This document shows, in pieces, positions 1 through 7,388 of a stretch of DNA of 12,394 nucleotides (positions are counted from its first letter, which is position 1; every line of letters begins with the position of its first letter). Under the pieces are notes generated by a model that made no database searches, had not been told where the DNA came from, and was given only the letters and a program-made list of their open reading frames with translations. The translations under genes and the position numbers were made by a program. The stretch comes from Gemmatimonadota bacterium (GTDB taxonomy: Bacteria > Gemmatimonadota > Gemmatimonadetes > Longimicrobiales > RSA9): assembly GCA_016209965.1 (NCBI GenBank), contig JACQVE010000062.1, positions 1-12,394 on the forward strand. The letters are read 5' to 3'.

Positions 1-2142
1 CTGCGCGTGCTGAAGGGGTTGCGGCTGGAACCAGCGCCGCGGGTGCGGGCGGTCACCGTGACGCCCGTGGGGATCGAGCGGCGCCTGGAGGTAAACGGCG
101 CAGCGGTGGCCGAGCGCATCTTTGTGGCCGGGGATGCGCCGGTGGTGGTCGTGGAGTGGCGCGCAGGCAGCGGGGCCGCGTTCTCGATCTCGTGGGAAAC
201 GGACCGGCGGCCCACATGGCTCAACTCCCCAGGGGCCCCGGGCCCTCTCAGGTGGCGCCGGCAGGGTCGTGCGCTGCTTGTCCGAGAGGACGGGCCGGAC
301 GATGCACGTCTCTTCCTCTTCAGCCGAGCGCCCGAGCAGTGGACGGTCTCTGATGCGTCGGATGAAGGCGTGGCCGCGCTGGCTGCCCGGGTCAGCGTCC
401 GCCTCGCGCCGGGCGAGAGCCTGCGCCTGGCCGTGATGGGCACGGCCGAGGGCGATGCCGCACTCGAGGAAGCCCTCGGGGCGCTGGGCGACGCACCGGC
501 GCTGGTGCTGGCGCGCCAGGCTGCAGCACGTCGCCTCGAGGGCGAGCGCCTGCGGATCGAAGCATCGGAACCGCTCGCGGGTGCAGCCCTCGAATGGGCC
601 GAGCACCGGCTTGGCAGCTACCTGGTGGACGCGCCCGGCCTCCGCGGGCTGGTTGCGGGGTACGGCGCGTCGCGGCGCGAAGCGGGCAGCGGCCGATCGG
701 GCTGCGCCGGGTACTTGGGCTGCGACGCTTGCTGGACCGCCCTCGCCTGTCTGGCCGCCGGTGATTTCGCTACGGCCGGCGATGCCCTGCGGTTCCTGGC
801 CGAAGCCCAGCACATCACGGGCGACGGCCTGCAGGCGTCCACCACTAGCGGCGCCCTCCGCCGCCAGGCCGCCGATTCGACGCCGCTCTGCTTGTTGCTC
901 CTGGCCCGCTACGTGGCCTGGACCGGCGACCTCGAAGTCGCGGCCCGCCACTGGGAATTCGTGCGCCGGGCATACGAGCTCTGGCGGACCGACCTGGGCC
1001 GGCAGGGGCTGACTGCGAACACGCGCGCCGGCCGCGGCGGCCCCGAGGCCGGAGCCTTGGCCGGCGGCGCGATCCCGTTTTGCGACGCCGGGATCTGGGC
1101 CGCCGCGCTGCGGGAGCTGGCGGACGCGGCAGAGAGCCTGGGTGATGAGCCCTTCGCCATAGGGTTGCGCCGAGGGGCGGCGCGGGCGCGGGCGGCGCTG
1201 GAGCGCAGCTTCTACAGTCAAGCGCGGGGCGCGTTCGCCTCGCAGCTCGATGAGCGGTCGCACGCCGCGTCCTTCGCGGGAACGGGAACGGGATCAGGAT
1301 CGGGAACGGAGCCGGCATCCGCCTGGGAGCACGAATGGGGGCAGACGGCGGCGCAGGCCGTGCCCTTGCTGCTGGGCGCCGTCGAGCCCGAGCGCATGGC
1401 GGGCTGGCTCGATGCCCTCGCCGGCGAGGAGTTCACAGCACCCTGGGGCGTGCGGCTGATCGGCCGCTCCGACCCGCATTATGACCCCACCAGCCTCCAG
1501 GGTGGCGCGGTCTGCCCGCTCTACACCGGCTGGGTGAGCTGGGCCGAGTACGCCGCCGGCCGGCCGGGATCCGCGTTCCGGCACTGGTGGATGAATGTCG
1601 AGCAGGGATTCCGCCACCAGCGCGGCGCCTGGCCGGAGGTGCTGCACGGCGAGGAGGGCCGGAGCATTGGCGGGTGCCCGGACCACGCCGCGTCCACGGC
1701 CATGGTGATCGCCCCGCTGGTTTTCGGGCTGCTGGGCGCGGAACCCGACGCGCCGCGCCACCGCCTGCGGCTGCGGCCGCAGCTCCCGGAGTCCTGGGAC
1801 CACCTCGAGGTCGAGCGGCTCCGGGTCGGCGACTGCGACCTTGCCTTGCGCTACCGCCGGGAGGCGGGCCGGCACGTTTTCCGTATCGAGCAGGAGAGCG
1901 GCGCCGTGCCCCTGCGGCTGGTGTTCGAGCCCGCGCTGCCCGGCCGCTTGCAGGCTGCGCGCGTCGACGGCCGTGCTGCGCAGCTCGATGCCCGCCCGTT
2001 CGGCGAGCGCTGGCTCACGCCGCTCCAGCTCGCGCTCGACCACGAGCGCACGATCGAGCTGACGGTGCAAACACCGGCTCCTGTGGCCGGCACCACGACG
2101 GACCCCGCCGCGCCCAGGCCACCAGAGGCGCCGCACCATTAG
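1..2142 (+). CDS. Six-hairpin (alpha/alpha)6 glycoside hydrolase, amylo-alpha-1,6-glucosidase / glycogen-debranching-enzyme-like (GDE_C-like). It is 5'-partial: the reading frame is open from nt 1 and the true start is probably upstream of the window
   Basis: ORF 7..2142 is 711 aa, in frame from nt 1, with stop TAG at 2140-2142. Internal segments such as 'GYGASRREAGSGRSGCAGYLGCDACWTALACLAAGDFATAGDALRFLAEAQ' and 'FCDAGIWAAALRELADAAESLGDEPFAIGLRRGAARARAALERSFY' fit the pattern of the GDE_C catalytic barrel. These are the GW.RD..I and N.LWY.AL..A..LG......Y...A..I...F...FW motifs, recalled from memory. The N-terminal beta-rich region looks truncated. Family assignment is from memory, with no search done. 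Confidence 0.7.
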   Translation: MRVLKGLRLEPAPRVRAVTVTPVGIERRLEVNGAAVAERIFVAGDAPVVVVEWRAGSGAAFSISWETDRRPTWLNSPGAPGPLRWRRQGRALLVREDGPDDARLFLFSRAPEQWTVSDASDEGVAALAARVSVRLAPGESLRLAVMGTAEGDAALEEALGALGDAPALVLARQAAARRLEGERLRIEASEPLAGAALEWAEHRLGSYLVDAPGLRGLVAGYGASRREAGSGRSGCAGYLGCDACWTALACLAAGDFATAGDALRFLAEAQHITGDGLQASTTSGALRRQAADSTPLCLLLLARYVAWTGDLEVAARHWEFVRRAYELWRTDLGRQGLTANTRAGRGGPEAGALAGGAIPFCDAGIWAAALRELADAAESLGDEPFAIGLRRGAARARAALERSFYSQARGAFASQLDERSHAASFAGTGTGSGSGTEPASAWEHEWGQTAAQAVPLLLGAVEPERMAGWLDALAGEEFTAPWGVRLIGRSDPHYDPTSLQGGAVCPLYTGWVSWAEYAAGRPGSAFRHWWMNVEQGFRHQRGAWPEVLHGEEGRSIGGCPDHAASTAMVIAPLVFGLLGAEPDAPRHRLRLRPQLPESWDHLEVERLRVGDCDLALRYRREAGRHVFRIEQESGAVPLRLVFEPALPGRLQAARVDGRAAQLDARPFGERWLTPLQLALDHERTIELTVQTPAPVAGTTTDPAAPRPPEAPHH
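1278..1307 (+). repeat. In-frame hexanucleotide tandem repeat (GGGAAC/GGGATC/AGGATC, 5 units) encoding a Gly-Thr/Gly-Ser linker (GTGTGSGSGT) inside the glycoside hydrolase
   Basis: Direct reading gives gggaac gggaac gggatc aggatc gggaac at 1278-1307. The translation in the ORF track shows '...FAGTGTGSGSGTEPAS...'. Confidence 0.8.
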
Positions 2143-2150
2143 GCTGGCGA

Positions 2151-3797
2151 ATGACGGACGACCGCACATTCGCAAGTGACACGGGCGACGCGGCTGCCGG
2201 CGGCCCCGCCGGCACTGCCCGGACTCCCGCGCCGCCCGAGGCGCTCGGGATCGAGGGCGAGCCTGCGCCACCACCCCGCCGCTCGGCGCGCCAGCGCCTG
2301 GCGCTGGCGGCAGTGGTCGTCATCGCCGTGGTCGGACTCGCGCTCGCCTTCGGCCGGGAGCGGCCGGCCGGCGCCGAACACTACGGCCTCGCCTCGGTCC
2401 TGCCCGCGCTGGTGACGCTGGCCATGGTCTTCGTCACCCGCGAAGTCATCAGCTCACTGTTCCTTGGCATCGTTGTGGGAGGCGTGGTCAGCGCCAACTG
2501 GAACATCATGGACGCCTACCTGCTGCCCTCGATAGCCAGCGACTCCTACGCCCTGATCCTGCTGGTCTACCTCTGGGCACTGGGCGGGCTGATCGGCTTG
2601 TGGACGCGCACGGGCGGGGCGCAGCACTTTGCCGCCTGGGCCGGCCGCCACGTGGTGCGGGGTCCGCGCAGCGCCAAGCTCTTCGCCTGGCTCATGGGCC
2701 TTGTCTTCCATCAGGGAGGCACCATCTCGACCATCCTGGCGGGCACGACGGTACGGCCGGTCACGGACGCGGAGCGTGTCAGCCACGAGGAGGTCTCCTA
2801 CATCGTCGACTCGACGGCTTCCCCCGTCGCCAGCATCATCCCGTTGAACGCCTGGCCCATCTACATTGGCGGCCTGGTCGTGGGCACGACGCCGCTCTTC
2901 CTCACCCAGCAGCAGGCCATCAGCTTCTTCTTCCGCGCGGTGCCCTTCAACTTCTACGCGCTCATCGCGGTGCTGATGACCCTGCTCTTTGCGCTCGAGG
3001 TGCTGCCCTGGGAGGGGCGGCGCATGCGGGCGGCGCGGCGGCGCGCGCGGGAGACTGGGCGGCTGAACGCACCCGAAGGCCGGCCACTGGTCGCGGAGGA
3101 GCTGACCGAGCTGCGCGTCCCCCGGGACTACCCGACCGGGCTCTCCGATTTCCTGCTGCCCCTGGGCATACTGATCGGCGTGGCCGCCACCGGTGTGCTG
3201 CCGGGACTCCTGGCCGGCGACATCTCCCGCATCCGTGTGCCCATTGCCGAAGCCTTCGGGCTCGCCGTGCTCAGCGCCATCCTCCTGGCATTGCTCAAGG
3301 GCATGAGCGTGCAGGAGGCGGTGAACGGGTTCGTGGATGGCGCCAAGGGCGTGACCATCGGCGCCATCATCCTGGGACTGGCAGTAACGCTGGGGCAGGT
3401 CTCGAAATCGCTGGGCACCGCCGCCTACGTTGTCGAGATCGCCGCCGGCTGGGTGCAGCCCGCGCTGCTGCCCGTGCTGTTCCTGGGCATCAACATGGCG
3501 ATTGCATTCTCGACCGGGACCTCCTTCGGCACCTACGCCGTCGTCTTCCCCATTGCCATGCCCCTGGCCTACGCGGTCAACCCCGACCCCTTCTACATGA
3601 CCCTGTGCTTTGCCGCGGCCGTGGGCGGCTCGACGTTCGGCGACCAGTGCTCGCCCATCTCCGACACCACGATCCTGAGCTCGCTGGCGACGGGCGCGGA
3701 CATGATGGACCACGTGACCACTCAGCTCCCGCTGGCACTGCTGGCCGCCGGAGTGGCCGGCGCGCTGTACACAGTGCTGGCCCTGCTTGTGGCGTAA
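2151..3797 (+). CDS. NhaC-family Na+/H+ (or related substrate/H+) antiporter, polytopic membrane protein
   Basis: The first ATG after the upstream stop in this frame is at 2151, and the stop TAA is at 3795-3797. There are many hydrophobic helices. The segment 'GGSTFGDQCSPISDTTILSS' matches the conserved 'GAYFGDKMSPLSDTTNLA' region of NhaC/MleN-type antiporters as I recall it. 'GLVFHQGGTISTILAGTTVRPVTD' is also typical of that family. The roughly 55-aa Ala/Gly/Pro-rich N-terminal extension before the first TM helix is unusual. There is only a weak SD (AGG) upstream. Confidence 0.8.
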   Translation: MTDDRTFASDTGDAAAGGPAGTARTPAPPEALGIEGEPAPPPRRSARQRLALAAVVVIAVVGLALAFGRERPAGAEHYGLASVLPALVTLAMVFVTREVISSLFLGIVVGGVVSANWNIMDAYLLPSIASDSYALILLVYLWALGGLIGLWTRTGGAQHFAAWAGRHVVRGPRSAKLFAWLMGLVFHQGGTISTILAGTTVRPVTDAERVSHEEVSYIVDSTASPVASIIPLNAWPIYIGGLVVGTTPLFLTQQQAISFFFRAVPFNFYALIAVLMTLLFALEVLPWEGRRMRAARRRARETGRLNAPEGRPLVAEELTELRVPRDYPTGLSDFLLPLGILIGVAATGVLPGLLAGDISRIRVPIAEAFGLAVLSAILLALLKGMSVQEAVNGFVDGAKGVTIGAIILGLAVTLGQVSKSLGTAAYVVEIAAGWVQPALLPVLFLGINMAIAFSTGTSFGTYAVVFPIAMPLAYAVNPDPFYMTLCFAAAVGGSTFGDQCSPISDTTILSSLATGADMMDHVTTQLPLALLAAGVAGALYTVLALLVA

Positions 3798-3802
3798 AAA
3801 AA

Positions 3803-3826
3803 GATCCGCCCCGCAGGGGCGGATCC
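3803..3826. terminator. Intrinsic-terminator-like hairpin with a perfect 10-bp stem (GATCCGCCCC / GGGGCGGATC) and a 4-nt loop. An A7 run at 3796-3802 lies on the plus-strand 5' side, which reads as a T7 run after the stem on the minus strand. It is chiefly a terminator for the minus-strand small gene and possibly bidirectional
   Basis: Read directly: gatccgcccc gcag gggcggatc at 3803-3826. On the minus strand the order is stem-loop-stem followed by TTTTTTT, 29 nt downstream of the stop of the 3855..4046 gene. The stem begins 6 nt after the NhaC stop codon but has no downstream T-tract on the plus strand. Confidence 0.7.
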
Positions 3827-3854
3827 TCGAGCCTGACGTCCGTCGGACCGGCGG

Positions 3855-4046
3855 CTATTTGGGATCCATCCAGCCACCCTCGCTCAACAGCTTGCGCAGC
3901 CTGGCCGGCCGCTCGCCCAGCGCGGTGCGCACGATCGACCGCGCCACCGTGATCCGCTCGTCATCCGAGAGCTGGTCGACCACGGCAATCGGAGCGCCGT
4001 ACCGCAGGAGCAAGCGCTTCGCGTCCTTCGCCACAGTGTCTTCCAT
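3855..4046 (-). CDS. Hypothetical small protein (63 aa) with no family recognised
   Basis: ATG at 4046-4044 is preceded by a strong SD GGAGG (rc of 4051-4055) with a 4-nt spacer. The stop TAG is at 3857-3855, followed by the hairpin+T7 terminator. There is a candidate promoter upstream. The protein 'MEDTVAKDAKRLLLRYGAPIAVVDQLSDDERITVARSIVRTALGERPARLRKLLSEGGWMDPK' is not low-complexity. GC is lower than the surrounding genes. Confidence 0.65.
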   Translation of the reverse strand: MEDTVAKDAKRLLLRYGAPIAVVDQLSDDERITVARSIVRTALGERPARLRKLLSEGGWMDPK

Positions 4047-4076
4047 CGGTCCTCCGTACCGGGAAATCTTTTCTGT

Positions 4077-4105
4077 AATCTACGCGAAATCGCGCTGCGG
4101 TGCAA
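4077..4105 (-). promoter_or_regulatory. Candidate sigma70-like promoter for the small gene. On the minus strand it reads -35 TTGCAC (rc of 4100-4105), a 17-nt spacer, then -10 TAGATT (rc of 4077-4082). An inverted repeat CGCGA-AA-TCGCG at 4083-4094 sits within the spacer
   Basis: This is the locally AT-richer segment of a 195-nt intergenic region. Spacing is good, but the hexamers match consensus at only 3/6 and 4/6. The dyad in the spacer could be an operator or just chance. Confidence 0.3.
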
Positions 4106-4241
4106 CATTTCTGCGCACTCACGTTTCGCATGCGCCGCTGCCGGATGCGGACGTGAGGACCGTCAAGCGGCCGGCTGGCACCACGGCCTGCCTGTCCAGG
4201 CCGAAGAAGGTATCGAGCATTCCCCAGGAACGGGTGCCATC

Positions 4242-7205
4242 TCAGGGAGTGGTGCGCTGCCCCAGTAGTCGCGCCAGCTCGCGGCGCGCGGCGGCGACGT
4301 TGGCGGCGGGCGCGCCGCGCTCGGGCTGGGGACGTAGCGCCAGGTAATGGCGGTAGGCGCGGATCGCGCCTTCGCGGTCGCCGGTTCGCGCGGCCAGCCG
4401 CGCCTCGCCCAGCAGCAGGGTGGAGAGGAAGTAGGGGTTGCCGATAATGAAGCCGCGGCGCCGCGAGGCGGCCAGGGCCTTGTCCCATTCGCCGCCCTGC
4501 TCGTGCAGGCGCATGGACACGACGCTGGCCGCCTCGAGCCACCACTGCTGCCAGGTCGGCGTCAGGAGCAGCGAATCGAGCCGGGCGCGGCGGGCCGCCG
4601 CTTCGGGTCCGCCCGCCCGCGCCGCCCGCATCGCCTCCAGCCATTCGGCGCACAGGCCGTACGTGCTGGCGGCGGCGGGATCGTCGCCGGCGGCCACGGC
4701 CGCGCGCAGTCGAGCAATCCCTGTCCCGACCGCTTCCGCCTGGCCTTGATCCGCGCGCCAGTGCTCGGCCAGGCAAAGCGCGGTGCGCTGGAGGCGCCGG
4801 TCGCCGAGACCGGCGGGCTGGGCGGTGCGGGCGCGGGCTTCAAGCCGGGCGACGGCGGCGGCGCCCATGGCGGCGTCGCCATCAGCGAAGAGCGCGGCGA
4901 GCGCCTGGCGCACCGGCAGCGACGAGTCGCCTGGCCCGGGAACCCGCCTGCTGCCGCCTGTTCGCAGCGCCTCCGATGGCCGGCCGGTATTCAAAGCCAG
5001 GGCATAGCGAAGCCAGAGGTTGTCGGCGTACTCGGCGGTGCGGCCAGCCCGCCGGTCCAGCGCGGCGGCAGCGGGTGCGGCGTCGGCCACGGGCCAGCCG
5101 GCGAGCTGGGCCAGCCAGGCGACCTCGCGCAGGTCGGCAATGCTCATGGAGCTGAAGCGGGAGCGCACGGTATCGAGCCAGGCAGCGTCGCTCAACGCAT
5201 TCGCCACCTGCCAGGCCAGGTGCGAGGCGGCCCGCTGCTCGGGCACGAAGCGGCCGAAGTAGCGGTCGGCCAGGCGACGCAGCCCCACGGTGTCGCCGTG
5301 CAGTGCGCGCACCGAGATCAGGTGGTGCAGCGCGGGCGCGAAGGCCGAGTCCACCTCGAGAGCTTCCCGAAACGCCGCCGCGGCGAGCGCGTGCGCGCCC
5401 GCGTGGCCGAGCAGGGCGCCGTGATGGAAGTAGGTGTCGCCCAGCTCGTACCACGCTTCCGGGCTGTCCGGCCAGGCGCCGACCAGCTCCTCCCAGGCGG
5501 CAAGCAGCTCACCGGTCGGGACCACCCGGCCACCGGGGAAGTAGGGGAGGGCAAAGGCCAGCAGGAAGTCCCTGTCCCGGGGTTTCAGCCGCGACCGCTG
5601 CTTCCAGGCGATGCGCAGTCCGCGTCCCAGGCCCAGGTCCCGGCCGGTCCAGCTCGTGGCCAGGGCGAGCCCCAGCCCGGCCAGCGCGAAGCTCGAGTCA
5701 ATGTCCACGGCCCGCAGGTAGGCGCGGGCGGCCTCTTCGAAGCGGCCGCGGCGGTAGAGACTCCGGCCTTCGAGGTAGGCGCGCAGGGCAGGGAGCGAGG
5801 CGCTGGTCAACACCTCGATGCGCTCGGCGTCCTCACCCGCGCCCCGCGAAAGGAGCTCGGCCGCCAGCCGGTCGAGTAGCGCGGGCAGCGAGTCCAGCGG
5901 CCCCGTCACGCCCTCCACGCGCGCCCGCACGCCGCCGGTCCGCGAGTCGTAAAGTGACGCCGTGATGGTGAGGCGGGCGGCGGTCCCGACGACCGCGCCC
6001 AGCAGGGCCTGCCCCGCGCCCAGGCGCCGCGCCGTGGCCAGGGCGGCGCTCAACGCGACGCGCCGCCCGCCCTCCGCCTGCGCTAGCTCCGCCGCGGCCA
6101 GGGTGGCGCGCGGGTCGACCGCCCGTGGCCCGCCCTCACCCGTCAGCTTCCGGGCCAGCAGCTCGACCATGCCCTCGCGCAGCCAGCCCAGCGAGGCGTC
6201 CGCGGCCGCCAGCTCGAAGGGCAGCAGCGCGACGGTGCCGGGCTCCAGGGGCGAGGCGCGGCCCCGCCACAACGCTCGCCCGCCCAGGGCCGCCACCAGG
6301 AGCAGAAGGGCGAGTCCGGCCAGCCATGCCCGTCGGCGTCGCAGCGGAAGCGAGCCCGGCGCGAGCGGGGGCGCGGGTGCGGGCGACGGCGCCGGGAAGG
6401 CCGGCGTTGCGGCCGGCGCCGCTGCGGCCGCCGCGAGCATAGGCGGCCCCCCCGGCGCCGGCGGTAGGGGCGGCGGAGGCGGCAGGGCGCGCAGGCGCCC
6501 CGCCAGGTTGGCGAGCTCCAGGGGAGGCTCGATCCCGAGCTCCTCGCGCAGCAACGCCGTATGTGCTGCCGCCTGCTGCAGCGCCGCCGCCCGCTCGCCG
6601 GCCGCCTCGAGGGCCGACACCAGCCGCAATGCGACCCGAGAGCTGTAGGGGTCGTGCGCCGCGAGTCGCCGCCACCACCGGGCCGCCGCTGCGGCGTCGC
6701 CCGCCGACTCCGCCACACCTGCGAGCTGCTCGATCACGCTGGCATACACGGCCGCCAGCCGGTCCCGCTGCGCCTCGGCCCAGCGCTCGAACTCGAGCGC
6801 GTTGCTCAGGAAGAAGCCGTCCAGCAAGGGGCCGCGGTAGAGCGCCGCCGCCGCTTCCAGTTCGCCGCGGCGGACCGCGCTCTCGAAGGCGGCCACATCG
6901 CTGGTCAGCAGTGCCGCGTTCAGGCGCAGGTCGTCGCCCTCGGAGAAAAGCAGCTCGGCGCCCAGCGGCTGGCGCAATGCGTAAACCGACGCGCTGAGCA
7001 GGTCGCGCGCGTGGGCGGCGTCCCGCTCCGGCCAGAGGTAGGCGAGGAGCTTGTCGCGACTCAGCGTGCGGTTGGGCGCCAGGGCCAGCAGGGCGAGCAG
7101 CCCCAGGCGGCGCCGCTGCACGGCGCGGCCGGTGACCAGCTCCACGCCGCGCCGCAGTGTCGCGCCCCCCAGGAGCTCGAGTACGTACGGCGGCGCGGAG
7201 TTCAA
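4242..7205 (-). CDS. Membrane-tethered one-component transcriptional regulator (987 aa). The N-terminal OmpR/SARP-type winged-helix DNA-binding domain is aa ~1-100, followed by a BTAD (bacterial transcriptional activation domain) at ~100-240, a Pro-rich linker at ~241-290 and a single TM helix at ~293-312. The extracytoplasmic portion has a TolB-N-like module (motif 'VALLPFE...') and then a ~600-aa TPR-like alpha-helical domain
   Basis: The ORF track uses TTG at 7205-7203 as the start, with an in-frame TGA 6 nt further upstream. The stop TGA is at 4244-4242. 'YVLELLGGATLRRGVELVTGRAVQRRRLGLLALLALAPNRTLSRDKLLAYLWP' resembles the SARP/OmpR wHTH. 'ARWWRRLAAHDPYSSRVALRLVSALEAAGERAAALQQAAAHTALLREELGIEP' resembles BTAD. 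'RRRRAWLAGLALLLLVAALGGRALWRGR' is a TM helix. 'TVALLPFELAAADASLGWLREGMVELLARKLT' resembles the TolB-N-like sensor scaffold motif 'IAVLPF.N.S.D....YF.DG.TEEL'. The exact start codon is uncertain because there is no clear SD. Confidence 0.8.
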   Translation of the reverse strand: MNSAPPYVLELLGGATLRRGVELVTGRAVQRRRLGLLALLALAPNRTLSRDKLLAYLWPERDAAHARDLLSASVYALRQPLGAELLFSEGDDLRLNAALLTSDVAAFESAVRRGELEAAAALYRGPLLDGFFLSNALEFERWAEAQRDRLAAVYASVIEQLAGVAESAGDAAAAARWWRRLAAHDPYSSRVALRLVSALEAAGERAAALQQAAAHTALLREELGIEPPLELANLAGRLRALPPPPPLPPAPGGPPMLAAAAAAPAATPAFPAPSPAPAPPLAPGSLPLRRRRAWLAGLALLLLVAALGGRALWRGRASPLEPGTVALLPFELAAADASLGWLREGMVELLARKLTGEGGPRAVDPRATLAAAELAQAEGGRRVALSAALATARRLGAGQALLGAVVGTAARLTITASLYDSRTGGVRARVEGVTGPLDSLPALLDRLAAELLSRGAGEDAERIEVLTSASLPALRAYLEGRSLYRRGRFEEAARAYLRAVDIDSSFALAGLGLALATSWTGRDLGLGRGLRIAWKQRSRLKPRDRDFLLAFALPYFPGGRVVPTGELLAAWEELVGAWPDSPEAWYELGDTYFHHGALLGHAGAHALAAAAFREALEVDSAFAPALHHLISVRALHGDTVGLRRLADRYFGRFVPEQRAASHLAWQVANALSDAAWLDTVRSRFSSMSIADLREVAWLAQLAGWPVADAAPAAAALDRRAGRTAEYADNLWLRYALALNTGRPSEALRTGGSRRVPGPGDSSLPVRQALAALFADGDAAMGAAAVARLEARARTAQPAGLGDRRLQRTALCLAEHWRADQGQAEAVGTGIARLRAAVAAGDDPAAASTYGLCAEWLEAMRAARAGGPEAAARRARLDSLLLTPTWQQWWLEAASVVSMRLHEQGGEWDKALAASRRRGFIIGNPYFLSTLLLGEARLAARTGDREGAIRAYRHYLALRPQPERGAPAANVAAARRELARLLGQRTTP

Positions 7206-7242
7206 CGCGGTTCAGTCTGCGTTCAGAATGGATTCGGAGGAT
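7200..7242. promoter_or_regulatory. Four tandem direct repeats with helical (10-11 bp) phasing that overlap the regulator's translation start. They are gTTCAAcgcg, gTTCAGtctgc, gTTCAGaatgg and aTTCGGaggat, and may be a binding site for an OmpR/SARP-type winged-helix protein
   Basis: Read directly. TTCAA is at 7201-7205, TTCAG at 7211-7215, TTCAG at 7222-7226 and TTCGG at 7233-7237, giving spacings of 10, 11 and 11 bp. They lie in the divergent intergenic region between the regulator (start 7205, minus) and the gene at 7389 (plus). Confidence 0.35.
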
Positions 7243-7388
7243 CGCTCATACTTATGCGCGCCGCAGCCCGCGGCAACTCCGCCGCCCTGTGCCGCGCCCG
7301 CCGTATGCCACCCGATTCCAGGGCGCGCGCGGCAGCGGAGGAGCCACGGGGACTGCGATCAATCTCAACTTTCTTGCGGAGGTGGAAG

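Noticed and set aside
1587-2150. Upstream extension of the NhaC ORF to 1587 (736 aa)
   Set aside because: It overlaps 556 nt of the glycoside hydrolase gene in another frame, its translation is Arg/Pro/Ala-rich, and the first ATG after the hydrolase stop is at 2151.
2454-3952. ORFs 2454..3713 (-) and 2600..3952 (+) overlapping the NhaC gene
   Set aside because: These are alternative frames of a region whose plus-strand frame at 2151..3797 gives a coherent polytopic membrane protein with conserved NhaC motifs. Their own translations are His/Gly/Arg/Asp-rich low-complexity sequence.
3961-4776. Minus-strand ORF 3961..4776 (271 aa) spanning the small gene, its promoter and the end of the regulator gene
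   Set aside because: It crosses the AT-richer promoter region and the regulator's stop in a different frame, and its translation is Arg/Gly/Pro-rich. The in-frame small gene 3855..4046 with SD and terminator explains the region better.
4347-5879. Long plus-strand ORF (510 aa), plus ORFs 5303..5965, 5962..6648 and 6136..6718, all antisense to or overlapping the regulator gene
   Set aside because: Their translations are Arg/Ala/Gly/Pro-rich low-complexity sequence typical of spurious frames in ~70% GC DNA. The opposite strand encodes a protein with recognisable wHTH, BTAD, TM and TPR organisation.
6561-7388. Upstream extension of the 7389..7721 gene to 6561 (386 aa)
   Set aside because: It overlaps the regulator gene on the opposite strand, is low-complexity, and an ATG with a good SD (GGAGGTGG) sits at 7389.
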